64,000 nt of DNA, taken from Eledone cirrhosa. Lineage: Eukaryota. The stretch covers positions 95,976,001-96,040,000 of the forward strand of contig OZ024741.1 of assembly GCA_964016885.1 (NCBI GenBank), given 5' to 3'. Numbering within the stretch: position 1 is the first letter of the stretch; each line of letters starts with the position of its first letter. Below the pieces are notes generated by a model that was not told the origin of the DNA, did no database searches, and saw only the letters and a list, made by a program, of their open reading frames with translations. Below, piece by piece: positions 52,893 through 63,797 of this stretch. The position numbers were made by a program, and so were the translations under genes.

Positions 52893-53285
52893 GGAACGCT
52901 GTACTAGTTTCAAGCTTATTAGCTATCGTCAGCAACGTATACCTTCCTGCCAGATTGTTCTTTTGTCAGTGTTGAACAAACGAGCAACGATGGTTGCTGG
53001 ACACTACGGCTTAATACGGGATGTTTGTTTACAAACACACCGAACATTATAATAAATGTTCGGTGAATCCATACGTACATATATATATATGTGTGCATGT
53101 ATGTATATATATATACATACTACTGTACGTCTGTATACATATATGTATGTACGTGTACATACTTATATTTAAATAACAGCCGTACTAAGAGTGGGAAGTG
53201 AAATTTCGTTTCATTTTTTCCGTTTATATATATATATATATATATATAGAAGGATTTAAATGGATACAGTTTAGTTAAAAGGAAT

Positions 53286-53406
53286 TTATTGACACGTGTT
53301 TCAATAACAGTTACATAACCTGAAAACAGCTGCTATCTACAAAGTATTAGTTATGCAAACATTCAATATTTCAATGTTATTATCAACTGTCATTTCATCA
53401 GAATAA
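53286..53406 (-). ncRNA. Type-I hammerhead ribozyme (intact core, long stem II, palindromic stem III)
   Basis: Reverse-complement copy of 54427-54547. Confidence 0.78.
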
Positions 53407-53938
53407 TTTTATTGAGGACCTGTTTGGTTTTTATAGAGAATATTAGGCGGGAGGGGTGAAGTTGTTAGAAGAATAGTTGAGGGAGTGTTTTTTTGATAGC
53501 AGTGAGAATTTTTGGTGGCAGTGAGTAATTAGATTCCCATCTGTTGTTTTGACATTTTTATAGAATATATTATTGGTTATTTTTCTAAATCTATAGAAGA
53601 ATTAGAGATAGTATAGATATGCATGGTTGGTTTTGTGTTTGCACTTAATTAACATTCAGACTTAAATTTTTCTTTCAAGTGTACGTATCCTTTCGCCCAC
53701 GCATTCACACACAAACATATATGCACACCTCTACAAAATACATATACTCACATACACATATTTACATACTCATACTTACATAATATACACATGCACATAT
53801 ATATATATATACATATATATTCATATATATATGTACATACATACGCATTCATGTGTATACATTTTCATACTCAACTTATCTTTATATACACACGTATAGA
53901 CACACACATATATACATACATACTCCTGTCTATGTGTA

Positions 53939-54007
<69 letters not shown>

Positions 54008-54426
54008 ACTTTAATACATGGATACACTTACATCTAACTATACACATCAAACATATATATATATATATACTTATTTATATACATTTTCACATATATATAC
54101 ATACATATGGTCGCTTTTAGACACATTCATTATAGCATATTCGCACCTATTCTCATCAGCATATCTTTCCATTATTAGTGTGGTAATTTAAGGTTATTAA
54201 TATACATATATATGTTGAGAATAGATTGTTTTTATATTTTTCTAACTAGATTGAGGTTTATATAGTTGGGGAGATGTCCCTCTTTGATGTAATATTCAGC
54301 TTGTAGTGGGAAAAAAGCCAAAAATTCTCACTGCTATCAAAAAACCACTCCCTCAACTATTCTTCTAACAACTTCACCCCTCCCTCCTAATATTCTCTAT
54401 AAAAACCAAACAGGTCCTCAATAAAA

Positions 54427-54547
54427 TTATTCTGATGAAATGACAGTTGATAATAACATTGAAATATTGAATGTCTGCATGACTAATACTTTGTAGATAG
54501 CAGCTGTTTTCAGGTTATGTAACTGTTATTGAAACACGTGTCAATAA
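54427..54547 (+). ncRNA. Type-I hammerhead ribozyme (intact core, long stem II, palindromic stem III)
   Basis: TTATT-CTGATGA-AATGACAGTT-(72 nt)-AACTGTTATT-GAA-ACACGTGT-C-AATAA; GUC site. Confidence 0.8.
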
Positions 54548-54843
54548 ATTCCTTTTAACTAAACTGTATCCATTTAAATCCTTCTATTTTCTCAGGATTA
54601 CTTTTGAAACTACAACTGGAACCGTCGAGCAAACTCTACGTGAGCTGTCCATCTACTGTGTGTAATATTCATATTACAACACTACGGAAAATACTGTATA
54701 TATATATATATGTATATATGTATATATATATATAGTAATAATAATAAATTTGAAGACTAAAATCCCAAAATCCCCCCCCCCCCCCCTCCAAAAAAAAATA
54801 TATATATATATTTATATACATATATACATATATATATATCATA

Positions 54844-55010
54844 GTGGTTTGGCAGTGTCGGTGGAGGGTCGGACATGCTTTTCAGCATAGTTACGTCCCT
54901 TTACGATCTGAGTTCAAATCCTGCTGAGGTTAACTTTGCCTTTCATCCTTACGGGTTCGATAGAATAAAGTACCAGTAAGGTGGTCTTGTGCCAAAAGTA
55001 GAAACAATTA
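54844..55010 (+). mobile_element. SINE family A (internally deleted)
   Basis: TGGCAGTGTCGG, GAGTTCAAATCC, GTGCCAAAAGTAGAAACAATTA. Confidence 0.88.
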
Positions 55011-55100
55011 TATATATATATAACGCGAAGAAATACCTATAATTCCTAGCAGACAACTGATGATTGATATTAGCCTCTTTCACCCGTAACTTTTATTTTC

Positions 55101-55141
<41 letters not shown>

Positions 55142-55319
55142 GGAGGCTTAGTAAAATCGAATCTCTGCCGGCGTGCAAGCAAATTCGATCTACGACATGA
55201 ATGAGTTAGCAAAGCACTCGACAAGGTAGGTTTAAATAGCTTGAAAAATTGAACATTGTGGTAGGCAAAATCTAACACACAATACCAAAGTAACGAAAGA
55301 ACTAACAGGTTGAAATAAT

Positions 55320-55391
55320 TGTTTCTACTATTGGCACAAGGCCAGAAAATTACCCAGTACATTACTGGTTCTTTATTTTATCGACCCCGTT
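55320..55391 (-). mobile_element. 5'-truncated SINE family A with 19-bp TSD, nested in the 55141-55440 repeat
   Basis: ACTAACAGGTTGAAATAAT at 55301-55319 and 55395-55413. Confidence 0.88.
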
Positions 55392-55441
55392 GGTACTAAC
55401 AGGTTGAAATAATACACCTGGACAAATCAAACGTTATACGT

Positions 55442-55477
<36 letters not shown>

Positions 55478-55523
55478 TAGTGACGAAACATAAGTCAATT
55501 GCATGAAATCATAATCCTTTATT

Positions 55524-55582
55524 TACTGCTATATATATTTCGATGATAGCCATTCAATGGCTATGACCTCGTCAGGCAGGTA
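55524..55582 (-). ncRNA. Minimal type-I hammerhead ribozyme, intact
   Basis: CTGC-CTGACGA-GGTC-ATAGCCAT-TGA-ATGGCTAT-CATC-GAA-ATATATAT-A-GCAG; G10.1-C11.1 pair; palindromic stem III. Confidence 0.82.
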
Positions 55583-56182
55583 GTTAGTTCTTAGATATGC
55601 CAGCTCTGTGTTTATAGTGTTGATGGTATCAGAGCCTTGGGAATATGAGCTTGTTAGGAATAATTTAATGTTGTCAGCAGGAATAGTCTTAATTCTCATT
55701 GGTCAGTTTGTAGATGCTAGTAGGGTTGGTATTTCACCTCAAAGAGGCAGGTGGTGTTATAAAGTTCAAACCATCAGGCAAGATGACAATAGTTCCATAT
55801 GACTGATTTTCACAAAAAGCATTCCTGGTCAGATATATATTCAATTAAGGTTAATAGTATGAAATAGATACTACAGGTCATTCTTAAATTGAGAAATTTA
55901 TGTGGAGTGGTGCTACTGAAAATGATGGTTAGAGTAGAATATTTACAAATAAATAGACTTATGTAGGTTGGCTTGCACGTACCCTCACACCCACCTCCAC
56001 AGACACACACACACACATCCACACATACAAATTGAGGAATTAATGTGGAGTGGTAATACTTAAAATAATGGTTAGAGTCCAATACTTAGATAGTTTAGAA
56101 AATTTAGAAATAAAAGGCTTATGTTGGTTGACTTGTATATACACTCACACCTACCCCCTCAGACACACACACATCCATACAG

Positions 56183-56185
<3 letters not shown>

Positions 56186-56228
<43 letters not shown>

Positions 56229-56511
56229 GCACAAGTATATATATATATATATATAAATTATATATATATATATAAAATATACATATACATAAAATATATA
56301 TATATATAAAATATATATATATATATATACAAAATATATACATATATAAAACATATACACATATAAAATATACATACATATATATATATAAAATACATAT
56401 ATATATATATATATAAAATACATACATATATATACATACATACACATAAAATACACATATATACACATATAAAATATATATATACATATAATATATATAT
56501 ATATATATATA
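56186..56511. repeat. Interrupted (TA)n microsatellite
   Basis: Direct reading. Confidence 0.95.
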
Positions 56512-58681
56512 AAATCAGGTTCAATAAAACGTGGTTTTGATGACTCCTAACCAGTAGAGGATCCGGTGGACCATCCACCATAGTGACCACAAACTATGGG
56601 TGATTTTTGTTGTCCATTGATCATTGGTACAGGGTGTAGTGGACCTACAGGGGCGGGGGGGGGGGGGCGTTGTGGGAGGCCTTAACCAGGGTTTATCCAT
56701 ATAGCTTGAGGAAAGTTCCTGTCCTTAGGTGTCTGCAGGCACCGAATAAGTCGGCCCTTCTGTTTAATAGCTTGGTTCCGCCATGAAGAATCTCGAGTGT
56801 CTCACTAAGACAGAGGTTGCAAATACCAGACCCGCCTCTGTCTGGGGGAACCTTTCTAACCACGGACCAGACCAGAGAGTGCGGGGTCTTTTCAAGTTTG
56901 AGCTTCCAGATCAATTCAGAAAGGGCCGTACATTCCATCTTATCTATTCTGTTAAAGGAATGGCGATGGTTATACCACCGATCTTTGAAGCTCGTCGCTG
57001 TGGTTCCTAGGTAGTGGTGCTCCGAGTTAGGGGTTGTGACCTTGCACCTGTAGACTACGTTTTTCGTCATGCATTCATTACTAAGGGGGCATAGTGATGG
57101 GTCTCTGCAATTACATGACTTCTTAAGCCCCACCACATGTATCGCGTGGTTACCATTACTCGGGGCTGGCTGGGTAGCCTCCGCAATCAGCACAGTGTCG
57201 TTGGGTACCGGTGTGCTAGTTGGGCCTGTCCGGGTTCCGGTGCTTCCCGCGTGCTGGTTCTGTTGGGTGGCTCCGGGTTTTACGGTGGTATTAGGGGCAC
57301 TAAGCCTATTCCTATTTATGCCAACTATGTGCTGGGCTACGGAGTGTGTGGTTGAGTAGGAAAGTTTCACCGTGTGCCTGTTGAATATTTTATGGTACTT
57401 GTGGGCCCTAGGAAAACTTTTATCCAGTACTCTAAAGAATGTTCTAGCCAGGCTGGTACGTAGACCCACCGAGTACGGAGGGTTATACCATGTGACCTTC
57501 CTGGTCCTATTCTTGCGGGGTTGTTGGGTGTCCGCCGTGGTCCATCGCGTGGTTGTGCACAGCTCAGGTCGAGCTCGGTTGGTGTCACTCAGGTGTGCGG
57601 AGCGGTCACTATCATGAGGGTTATATGGGCCCACCGTGGGGCTATAAACATGCGAGGTGCGGCCTCCCTGCTCAATTATGGTTCGGCTGGTGGTGGGGCC
57701 GGTGCAGGGGTGCCTATGTTCCGCAGCACAGGGGTCTTCAGCGTCGTAGGTATTAGACCGGTGGGGTATGCTGGATCTTCTACCGGGGGTGGTGACGGAT
57801 AGGGGTCTGGGAGTGTTACTACTGGTCACCGAGGTATTAGGTGGGCGACTCATGCCCCTGAGGGTATTGGTCCGGAGTACCCTTGGGTCATCTCGATCAT
57901 GTCCCTTAGGGTTGTAGCTGATTCTATGGCTGTGGGACGCCTTGGCTAGCGTTGAGTTATAGTAATCATCGTTACTATTGGAGATCTCTTTATTGGCCGA
58001 CAAGTTAGAGATCCTGTCAGCGACACTCTTAACTACGTCCTTAACTATAAATCTAGGGTGATTGGACCCAGCGTTGTTATACACCAGCTTCTCATTGGGT
58101 TTATGATATGGGGGGTGTAGCTTGGTGTTGAGGTTGAGGGTGGTGTCCAGGAAATTCACTACTTTTCTATTGGGTTCCATCTCTACTTTAAGTCCTACCT
58201 TTCTAAAGAAGTGCCTAATTCTCCCCTTCATATTTTCGACCATTGCGATGCTGTGGTTCACTACAGTGAAGAGTGTGTCATCTCGGTACAGCCCGCCACC
58301 CAGGTTGGGTATTTCTCTCCTGATCTCGTAGAGTATGTATATCCCAACCAAGTCCGTTAGCTGTGCGGAGTCACTGGAGCCCATTGTAATGTCAAAATTA
58401 TTTGGCCAGTCGCTCCAGGTCCATATGTCCCTGAAACGGATCAGGGTCTTTCTGGCGGCGTGTATGATTCGGATCTCGTCGCGTGTTAGATCTGTCCTAT
58501 TCATCGCGAATATGAGTGTCTTGTTCATGACTATGGGCGAGATAGAGGAGTAGTAATTGTTGATCTCTAGTTGTATGAAGCTAGTCCTATGTTTGTCATG
58601 TAAAAATGTAAACCAGTCCAGCACCTGGCTGGTGCAGGACCAGAGTTGTAACCTTATTTTACTCTTAAGTGTGGGCAGCAT

Positions 58682-58684
<3 letters not shown>
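56512..58684 (-). mobile_element. 5'-truncated Penelope-like retroelement (Neptune/Nematis-type linker) between two (TA)n runs
   Basis: GC-richer block bounded by (TA)n at 56186-56511 and 58685-58712; carries an RT + GIY-YIG ORF and a short 3' UTR. Confidence 0.93.
56693..58681 (-). CDS. Penelope-like reverse transcriptase / GIY-YIG endonuclease polyprotein (N-terminally truncated)
   Basis: FDITMGS, GLYRDD (YRDD at 58277-58288), VNFLDTTLNL, YHKPN..SNHP, WYNPPYS, HKIFNRHTVKLSYS, CNCR..CPL..C, VVYRCKV..YLGTT..FKDRWYNH..SF, CNLCLSE; no internal stop. Confidence 0.9.
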   Translation of the reverse strand: MLPTLKSKIRLQLWSCTSQVLDWFTFLHDKHRTSFIQLEINNYYSSISPIVMNKTLIFAMNRTDLTRDEIRIIHAARKTLIRFRDIWTWSDWPNNFDITMGSSDSAQLTDLVGIYILYEIRREIPNLGGGLYRDDTLFTVVNHSIAMVENMKGRIRHFFRKVGLKVEMEPNRKVVNFLDTTLNLNTKLHPPYHKPNEKLVYNNAGSNHPRFIVKDVVKSVADRISNLSANKEISNSNDDYYNSTLAKASHSHRISYNPKGHDRDDPRVLRTNTLRGMSRPPNTSVTSSNTPRPLSVTTPGRRSSIPHRSNTYDAEDPCAAEHRHPCTGPTTSRTIIEQGGRTSHVYSPTVGPYNPHDSDRSAHLSDTNRARPELCTTTRWTTADTQQPRKNRTRKVTWYNPPYSVGLRTSLARTFFRVLDKSFPRAHKYHKIFNRHTVKLSYSTTHSVAQHIVGINRNRLSAPNTTVKPGATQQNQHAGSTGTRTGPTSTPVPNDTVLIAEATQPAPSNGNHAIHVVGLKKSCNCRDPSLCPLSNECMTKNVVYRCKVTTPNSEHHYLGTTATSFKDRWYNHRHSFNRIDKMECTALSELIWKLKLEKTPHSLVWSVVRKVPPDRGGSGICNLCLSETLEILHGGTKLLNRRADLFGACRHLRTGTFLKLYG

Positions 58685-58712
<28 letters not shown>

Positions 58713-58719
<7 letters not shown>

Positions 58720-59165
58720 GGGAAGAAAGAGGAAAACTGCATGGTTGCACATGGGTTACATATTATAAAATTAGTCCCTCATCAGTGATTTGCCAACCAT
58801 CATTGGTATTTCATCGCATTAAAAATCATATACCTCAGGTTGGTGCGAGCAATAACTAAAATAAGCTATTGGGACAAGTGAATCGCGTAAAGCGAGTGAG
58901 ACAAGTAAACAACAAGAAGGAAAAGCAAACCCAAGGTAGGAAAAAAGCAAGCAACATGATGGTTATCCGATCAGCATAAGCTGGGTGAATTTCATGAGCG
59001 GTCAAAAAACAGACCGTTCGACGTGAATGAGATGTGAGAAAGAAAGAATCCCACTACTAACGAACGGGAGGAAGTGAGAAGGGGAGAAACAGAGAGTGAG
59101 TGAGTGGAAGTGCGAGGAAGAGGTCAGTCGAGAGAAAGTGTAACTGACAGAGGGGGCGAAAGAAG

Positions 59166-59169
<4 letters not shown>
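58713..59169 (-). mobile_element. (TA)n-flanked non-coding repeat directly upstream of the Penelope ORF; homologous to 20720-21030
   Basis: Shared blocks including AAATCACTGATGAGGGACT and CCATGTGCAACCA. Confidence 0.7.
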
Positions 59170-59230
<61 letters not shown>

Positions 59231-60013
59231 TATATCATATATACATAATACCGAGTACTCATTTCTATCAGCTGTCAGCCACATATATGCATATTAGGAA
59301 GTTTGATTTCAGGAAGTTTGATTTATATATTTTTATTTATATATATTTACGGTATAAGCGTCTCACACGATACTAGTCGACAAACTTTTTTTCCACTTAA
59401 CTTGATGTAAAACTTCAATTATAACATTAGTAACAATGATTGTACTTTTGCTGGCCTTGTGCCTAAAATAGAAACAATTATTTATTATATGTATATCGAT
59501 CACTAATATCTGGAATACTCTATTTATATTTGAACAAATCTGTATATCTAGTATAATAACATGCTTTTAGTTACATTTATAAGTACTTTAGATACTTTAA
59601 TGACTTTCTAGTGTTATATTTTCTAAATATTTTCTAAATTTTCTAAGTTATATAAGGAATATTATTTAATTTAATTTAATTAAATTCGGGTTACCTTCGG
59701 GTCAATGAAATCCTTAGGTTTTCTCTTTCTTATGTTTGCAGACACATTATACAACTATATAAATTTAAAAAAATAAATTTTCTTGTATTTTTACTATATA
59801 ACTTGGATATTGGGCACTTTTAAGATCGCAAAAAATTCACTTTTTTACTTTGAATCTGGTTCTTATCCTTATGATTCATGAAGTTTGACTTGTATATTTA
59901 TAGTATATATGTATTACATGACCCTATTATAATAATTGATCTAAAACCTTAATTTTTAACAATATTATCAGTAACTTATTTATTGTATTATATTATGTTA
60001 TATTATATATCCA

Positions 60014-60203
60014 GGGCGGTGGATTGGCAGTATCGGTAGAGGGTCGGACGCCATGCTTTCCAGCATAGTTACGTCCCTTTACGATCTGAGTTCAAATCCC
60101 GCCGAGGTTGACTTTGCCTTTCATCCTTACGGGGTCGATAAAATAAAGTACCAGTAATGCACTGGATAATTGCTGGCCTAGTGCCTAAAGTAGAAACAAT
60201 TAT
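60014..60203 (+). mobile_element. SINE family A, full length, near consensus
   Basis: GGGCGGTGGATTGGCAGTATCGG..GAGTTCAAATCC..AGTAGAAACAATTAT. Confidence 0.93.
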
Positions 60204-60441
60204 GTTATATATAACTGATAGGTATCATCTTAATCTTTAGACAATATAATCTTTGTTTATATTTAGACAAATGCATATATCTAATTTAATAATAAACTTT
60301 TTTAAAGTTTAATTATAAGGCCTTTTGATGCTTTAAGGCATTCTAATTGTTAATCTTAATTTTTAAAATTATAACTGTAATTATTTTATAAATGATATAA
60401 TGCGAATTATCTTCAATATAATATAAATAATTAAATATAAT

Positions 60442-60584
60442 ATAATTGTTTCTACTTTTAGGCACAAGGCCAGCAATTACCCAGTGCATTACTGGTACTT
60501 TATTTTATCGACCCCGTAAGGATGAAAGGCAAAGTTAACCTCGGCGGGATTTGAACTCAGATCGTAAAGGGACGTAACTATGCT
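60442..60584 (-). mobile_element. SINE family A, 5'-truncated
   Basis: Reverse complement of ~60062-60203. Confidence 0.92.
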
Positions 60585-61366
60585 AATATAATAAAATTTA
60601 ATAAGAATTACCTTCGTGAGGATGAAAATATCATATCTTCTCTCTCATGTTTGCAAATATTTTAAATATGATTTCATAAAATATGATTTTATAAATTAAA
60701 TATGATAGTATACTTTAATATTAATACAGATATTTATAAACTTTTATAGCCTGAAATATTATACACTTTGATTAATTCATTACTCTGAACTAACTTAAAT
60801 GATATGAAAGTTATCGGTCAACCGGATACGTTTGGATAGTATATATAACTAATTAACTAAGGACTGGAAATTAACCTTCATATAATTACACCCAGTTATA
60901 TTTAGGATTTAGATTGATGAATACTTCTAGATAATTCAATAATTCAAAGATTCGAGTTTACTCTTTCGCAAAGCTATGCCCAAATGTATAGTTATGTATA
61001 GATATATATAATTCATCCCTCCCTATAATTATTCCTCTTTGTCTCTCTTTCCTTGATCAATTCTCTTTTGCTTTCTATACCTCTACTAGCTATATTATCC
61101 CCTCATCTGTTTTCTCTCTGTCTTTCTTTTCTTTTCTTTCCTCTTTCTTCAATAATTTAAATTATTTGAATCTCTAACAGTTATATAAATTACTGTTATG
61201 TATTTTTAAGCTTTCTCACACGCACCCTCGGTATTATAAGTATTATATGTAAGTGTTTTCATGTCTCAATCTTAAGGTATATAAATATTGAGTTTTGTCA
61301 TATCTTACTCACTACCATGACTGGATCTTAACCATCTACTATGTCAGAGTATGTCATGCATCATCT

Positions 61367-61433
61367 TATTTTATCGGATGAGGACGTACTGTTGAAGTTA
61401 GCTCAGTACTTCTGAAATATGTATAATAAAATA
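61367..61433 (+). ncRNA. Type-I hammerhead motif with U4>G
   Basis: TATTTTAT-CGGATGA-GGA.GTACTG..CAGTAC.TCT-GAA-ATATGTAT-A-ATAAAATA; 8-bp stem I. Confidence 0.68.
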
Positions 61434-61475
61434 TACTTGATCACAAGAAGTTCTATTTTTGTTAATATTTTGAAT

Positions 61476-61544
<69 letters not shown>

Positions 61545-61624
61545 AGTTTATCCCAGGTTCAATCGAGGGTAAACACAGTAAGTAAGGTACCCAATACACA
61601 CCAGAGTATAAATATTTAATATAT

Positions 61625-61675
61625 GGCTTCTACAGGACTAGAACTGTTTCATTCTGGAGAAATCATCAGGAAGCC
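61625..61675 (-). ncRNA. Type-I hammerhead ribozyme, intact core, within a 118-bp palindrome (61614-61731)
   Basis: GGCTTC-CTGATGA-TTTC-TCCA-GAAT-GAA-ACAG-TTCTAGTC-CTGT-A-GAAGCC; GUA site; T.T at 10.1/11.1. Confidence 0.8.
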
Positions 61676-61725
61676 CTGATGATTTCTCCCGAATGAAACA
61701 GTTCTAGTCCTGTAGAAGCCATATA

Positions 61726-61730
<5 letters not shown>

Positions 61731-61782
<52 letters not shown>

Positions 61783-61796
61783 ACTCTCTCTCTCTC

Positions 61797-61840
<44 letters not shown>

Positions 61841-61930
61841 CACATACACACACACAAACACACACACACACACACATATATATATATGTACACACACATG
61901 CACGCACACACACACACACACATATATATA
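61731..61930. repeat. (CT)n then (CA)n microsatellites
   Basis: Direct reading. Confidence 0.95.
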
Positions 61931-62989
61931 CATAATATATATTGGACATTTATGTATTTGGTGAAACAGAGAAGGTACACATTTTGCATAAATGCATGGA
62001 AGTAAAAGTAAACCCCCTGTTATTTTAAGTACTTAGCATTAAATAGTGCATTATTTCCGGGTACTCACACATAGACTCAATCACATGCAATACATGAACA
62101 CACGTACATACACAGATCGATACGTGTGTTTGCGACATCTTACACATAGAAACACCGATAGAAATAGTTTCACAACACATGCATATGCAGTTACATTTGT
62201 ACATTCGTGCGCGAGTGTATATGTTTATATGTTTGACCGTGGGCTTCTTTAAATTTGTGTAAATGTGCGAGCGAGTGTGTGCGTGAGTGTATGTCTACTT
62301 ATGTGTATAAATTATTTTATGCTGGTGATCATCTCCAGAGTTTATAAACATATAACTATATATCCCAACAGTCGTCTCCCTTTATTTCTCAGGAGTAAAC
62401 TTTCTAAGATTTCCGTTGGTAGCGATCATTCAAAGTTTTTTAGATAATCAGCAGGCAAGAAAAGTCACAGGCATTTTACACATATTAAGCGTATTGAAGC
62501 GGCTCCTCCACTATAGAATGGTAGCCATAACTGGGCCCGGAAACCTAAAGTTGTGCCTACATGTAAAATGTATGAAACTTTATTTATACTATATATACAT
62601 ATATATATAATTTTCGATTTTATCTCTTTACTTGGACCCCCTTTCTTTCTATTTCTCCTTTGGGATCCTGTCTCTATTTTGTACTCATAATGAAGGGCTT
62701 AAGAGCGGCACGTCAAACGTTCTTTCCACTTTTCCATATAAAGCGTGAAATAAGACTTTTTGTACCTCTGTTTGTTGTCTCCTTGAAGTATGAGAAAAAC
62801 CACAGACCCTCCATCTCAACTCTACTTTTGAAAAACAGAAGAACTGCGAAATCGGTAAAGGAACCAAATCAATATATATATTTTTTTAAAGTAAGACTCC
62901 AGTTGCATTTTCGATTTCATCTTTTTTTCTTTATACTTTCACTCGTGTAGGACACCTCGGTTATTTTTCATTTTGTAAAAAAACCTCAC

Positions 62990-63026
<37 letters not shown>

Positions 63027-63064
63027 AAAAGGAATTTGTAGTTTACTTGAAGCATTGTATATGG

Positions 63065-63275
63065 TATAAAGGATTCGAAGTTTGAAATCCACGACAATGC
63101 AGGTTTAGACGGAGAACAATTAAATCGTATTTTTCTCGGAAGAAGAGATATTAATCACGAAAGATCCGGACATTTAAATAAATTAAGGTAAACAAACAAG
63201 CCCTGTTTCTTACAATCTAATTATTGTCCGTCTAAACCTGTATTATCGTGGCTTTCAAACTTCGAATTCTTTATA
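63065..63275. repeat. 65-bp imperfect inverted repeat around an 81-bp spacer (MITE-like or inverted pLTR)
   Basis: 63065-63129 vs 63211-63275. Confidence 0.75.
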
Positions 63276-63633
63276 CATATATAGATATATATATGTGTAT
63301 ATGTGTGTGTGTGTGTGTGTTGTGTCGTTTGCTTTATTTCTGTTTAATCATCACACACACATATATGTGTGTGTATATATATGTATATATATATATACAT
63401 ATTTATGCATATATATGTATAAATATATACATACACATACACACACACACATACGCGCGCGCGCACACACACACTCTCTCACACACACACACATATATAT
63501 GCCTTTGTCTCTCTCGAATTTCTTTCTCCCTATCCTTTCTCACTTCTCACCTGTTACTCTGTCTAATGACATTAGGCTTTGATAAGATACGCTTAAAATT
63601 TCACATCAAATTTTGAATCAACATGTACCATTA

Positions 63634-63797
63634 TCGGACGCCATGCTTTGCAGCAAAGAGTTACGTCCCTTTATGGTCTGAGTTCAAATCCCGCCGAGGT
63701 TAACTTTGCCTTTCATCCTTACGGGGTCGATAAAATAAAGTACCAGTAATACACTGGGATAATTGCTGGCCTTGTGCCAAAAGTAGAAATAATTATT
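63634..63797 (+). mobile_element. SINE family A, 5'-truncated
   Basis: GAGTTCAAATCC..GCCTTTCATCCTTACGGGGTCGATAAAATAAAGTACCAG..tail. Confidence 0.92.

Larger units (their letters stand above)
53247..54697. mobile_element. Penelope pLTR / retrozyme-like element with 269-bp inverted arms (53247-53515 / 54318-54586)
   Basis: Arms near-identical in opposite orientation, each with a hammerhead; (TA)n on both outer flanks. Confidence 0.8.

Noticed and set aside
52493-53052. Leu/Ser/Pro-rich ORFs (SPCSPC, LALLALL) resembling membrane proteins
   Set aside because: Artefact of the 9-bp pyrimidine minisatellite, open in all three frames
58682-58750. N-terminus MQPCSF..YIYIY of the 685-aa ORF
   Set aside because: Runs through a (TA)n tract into a neighbouring repeat; not part of the RT, which is 5'-truncated
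60014-60105. tRNA gene
   Set aside because: A and B boxes are present but no cloverleaf; continues into a multi-copy SINE body
62365-62458. Minus-strand CTGCTGA...GAAA-TCTTAG..CTGAGA hammerhead-like trace
   Set aside because: Two core mismatches and poor stems I and II; cannot be separated from chance
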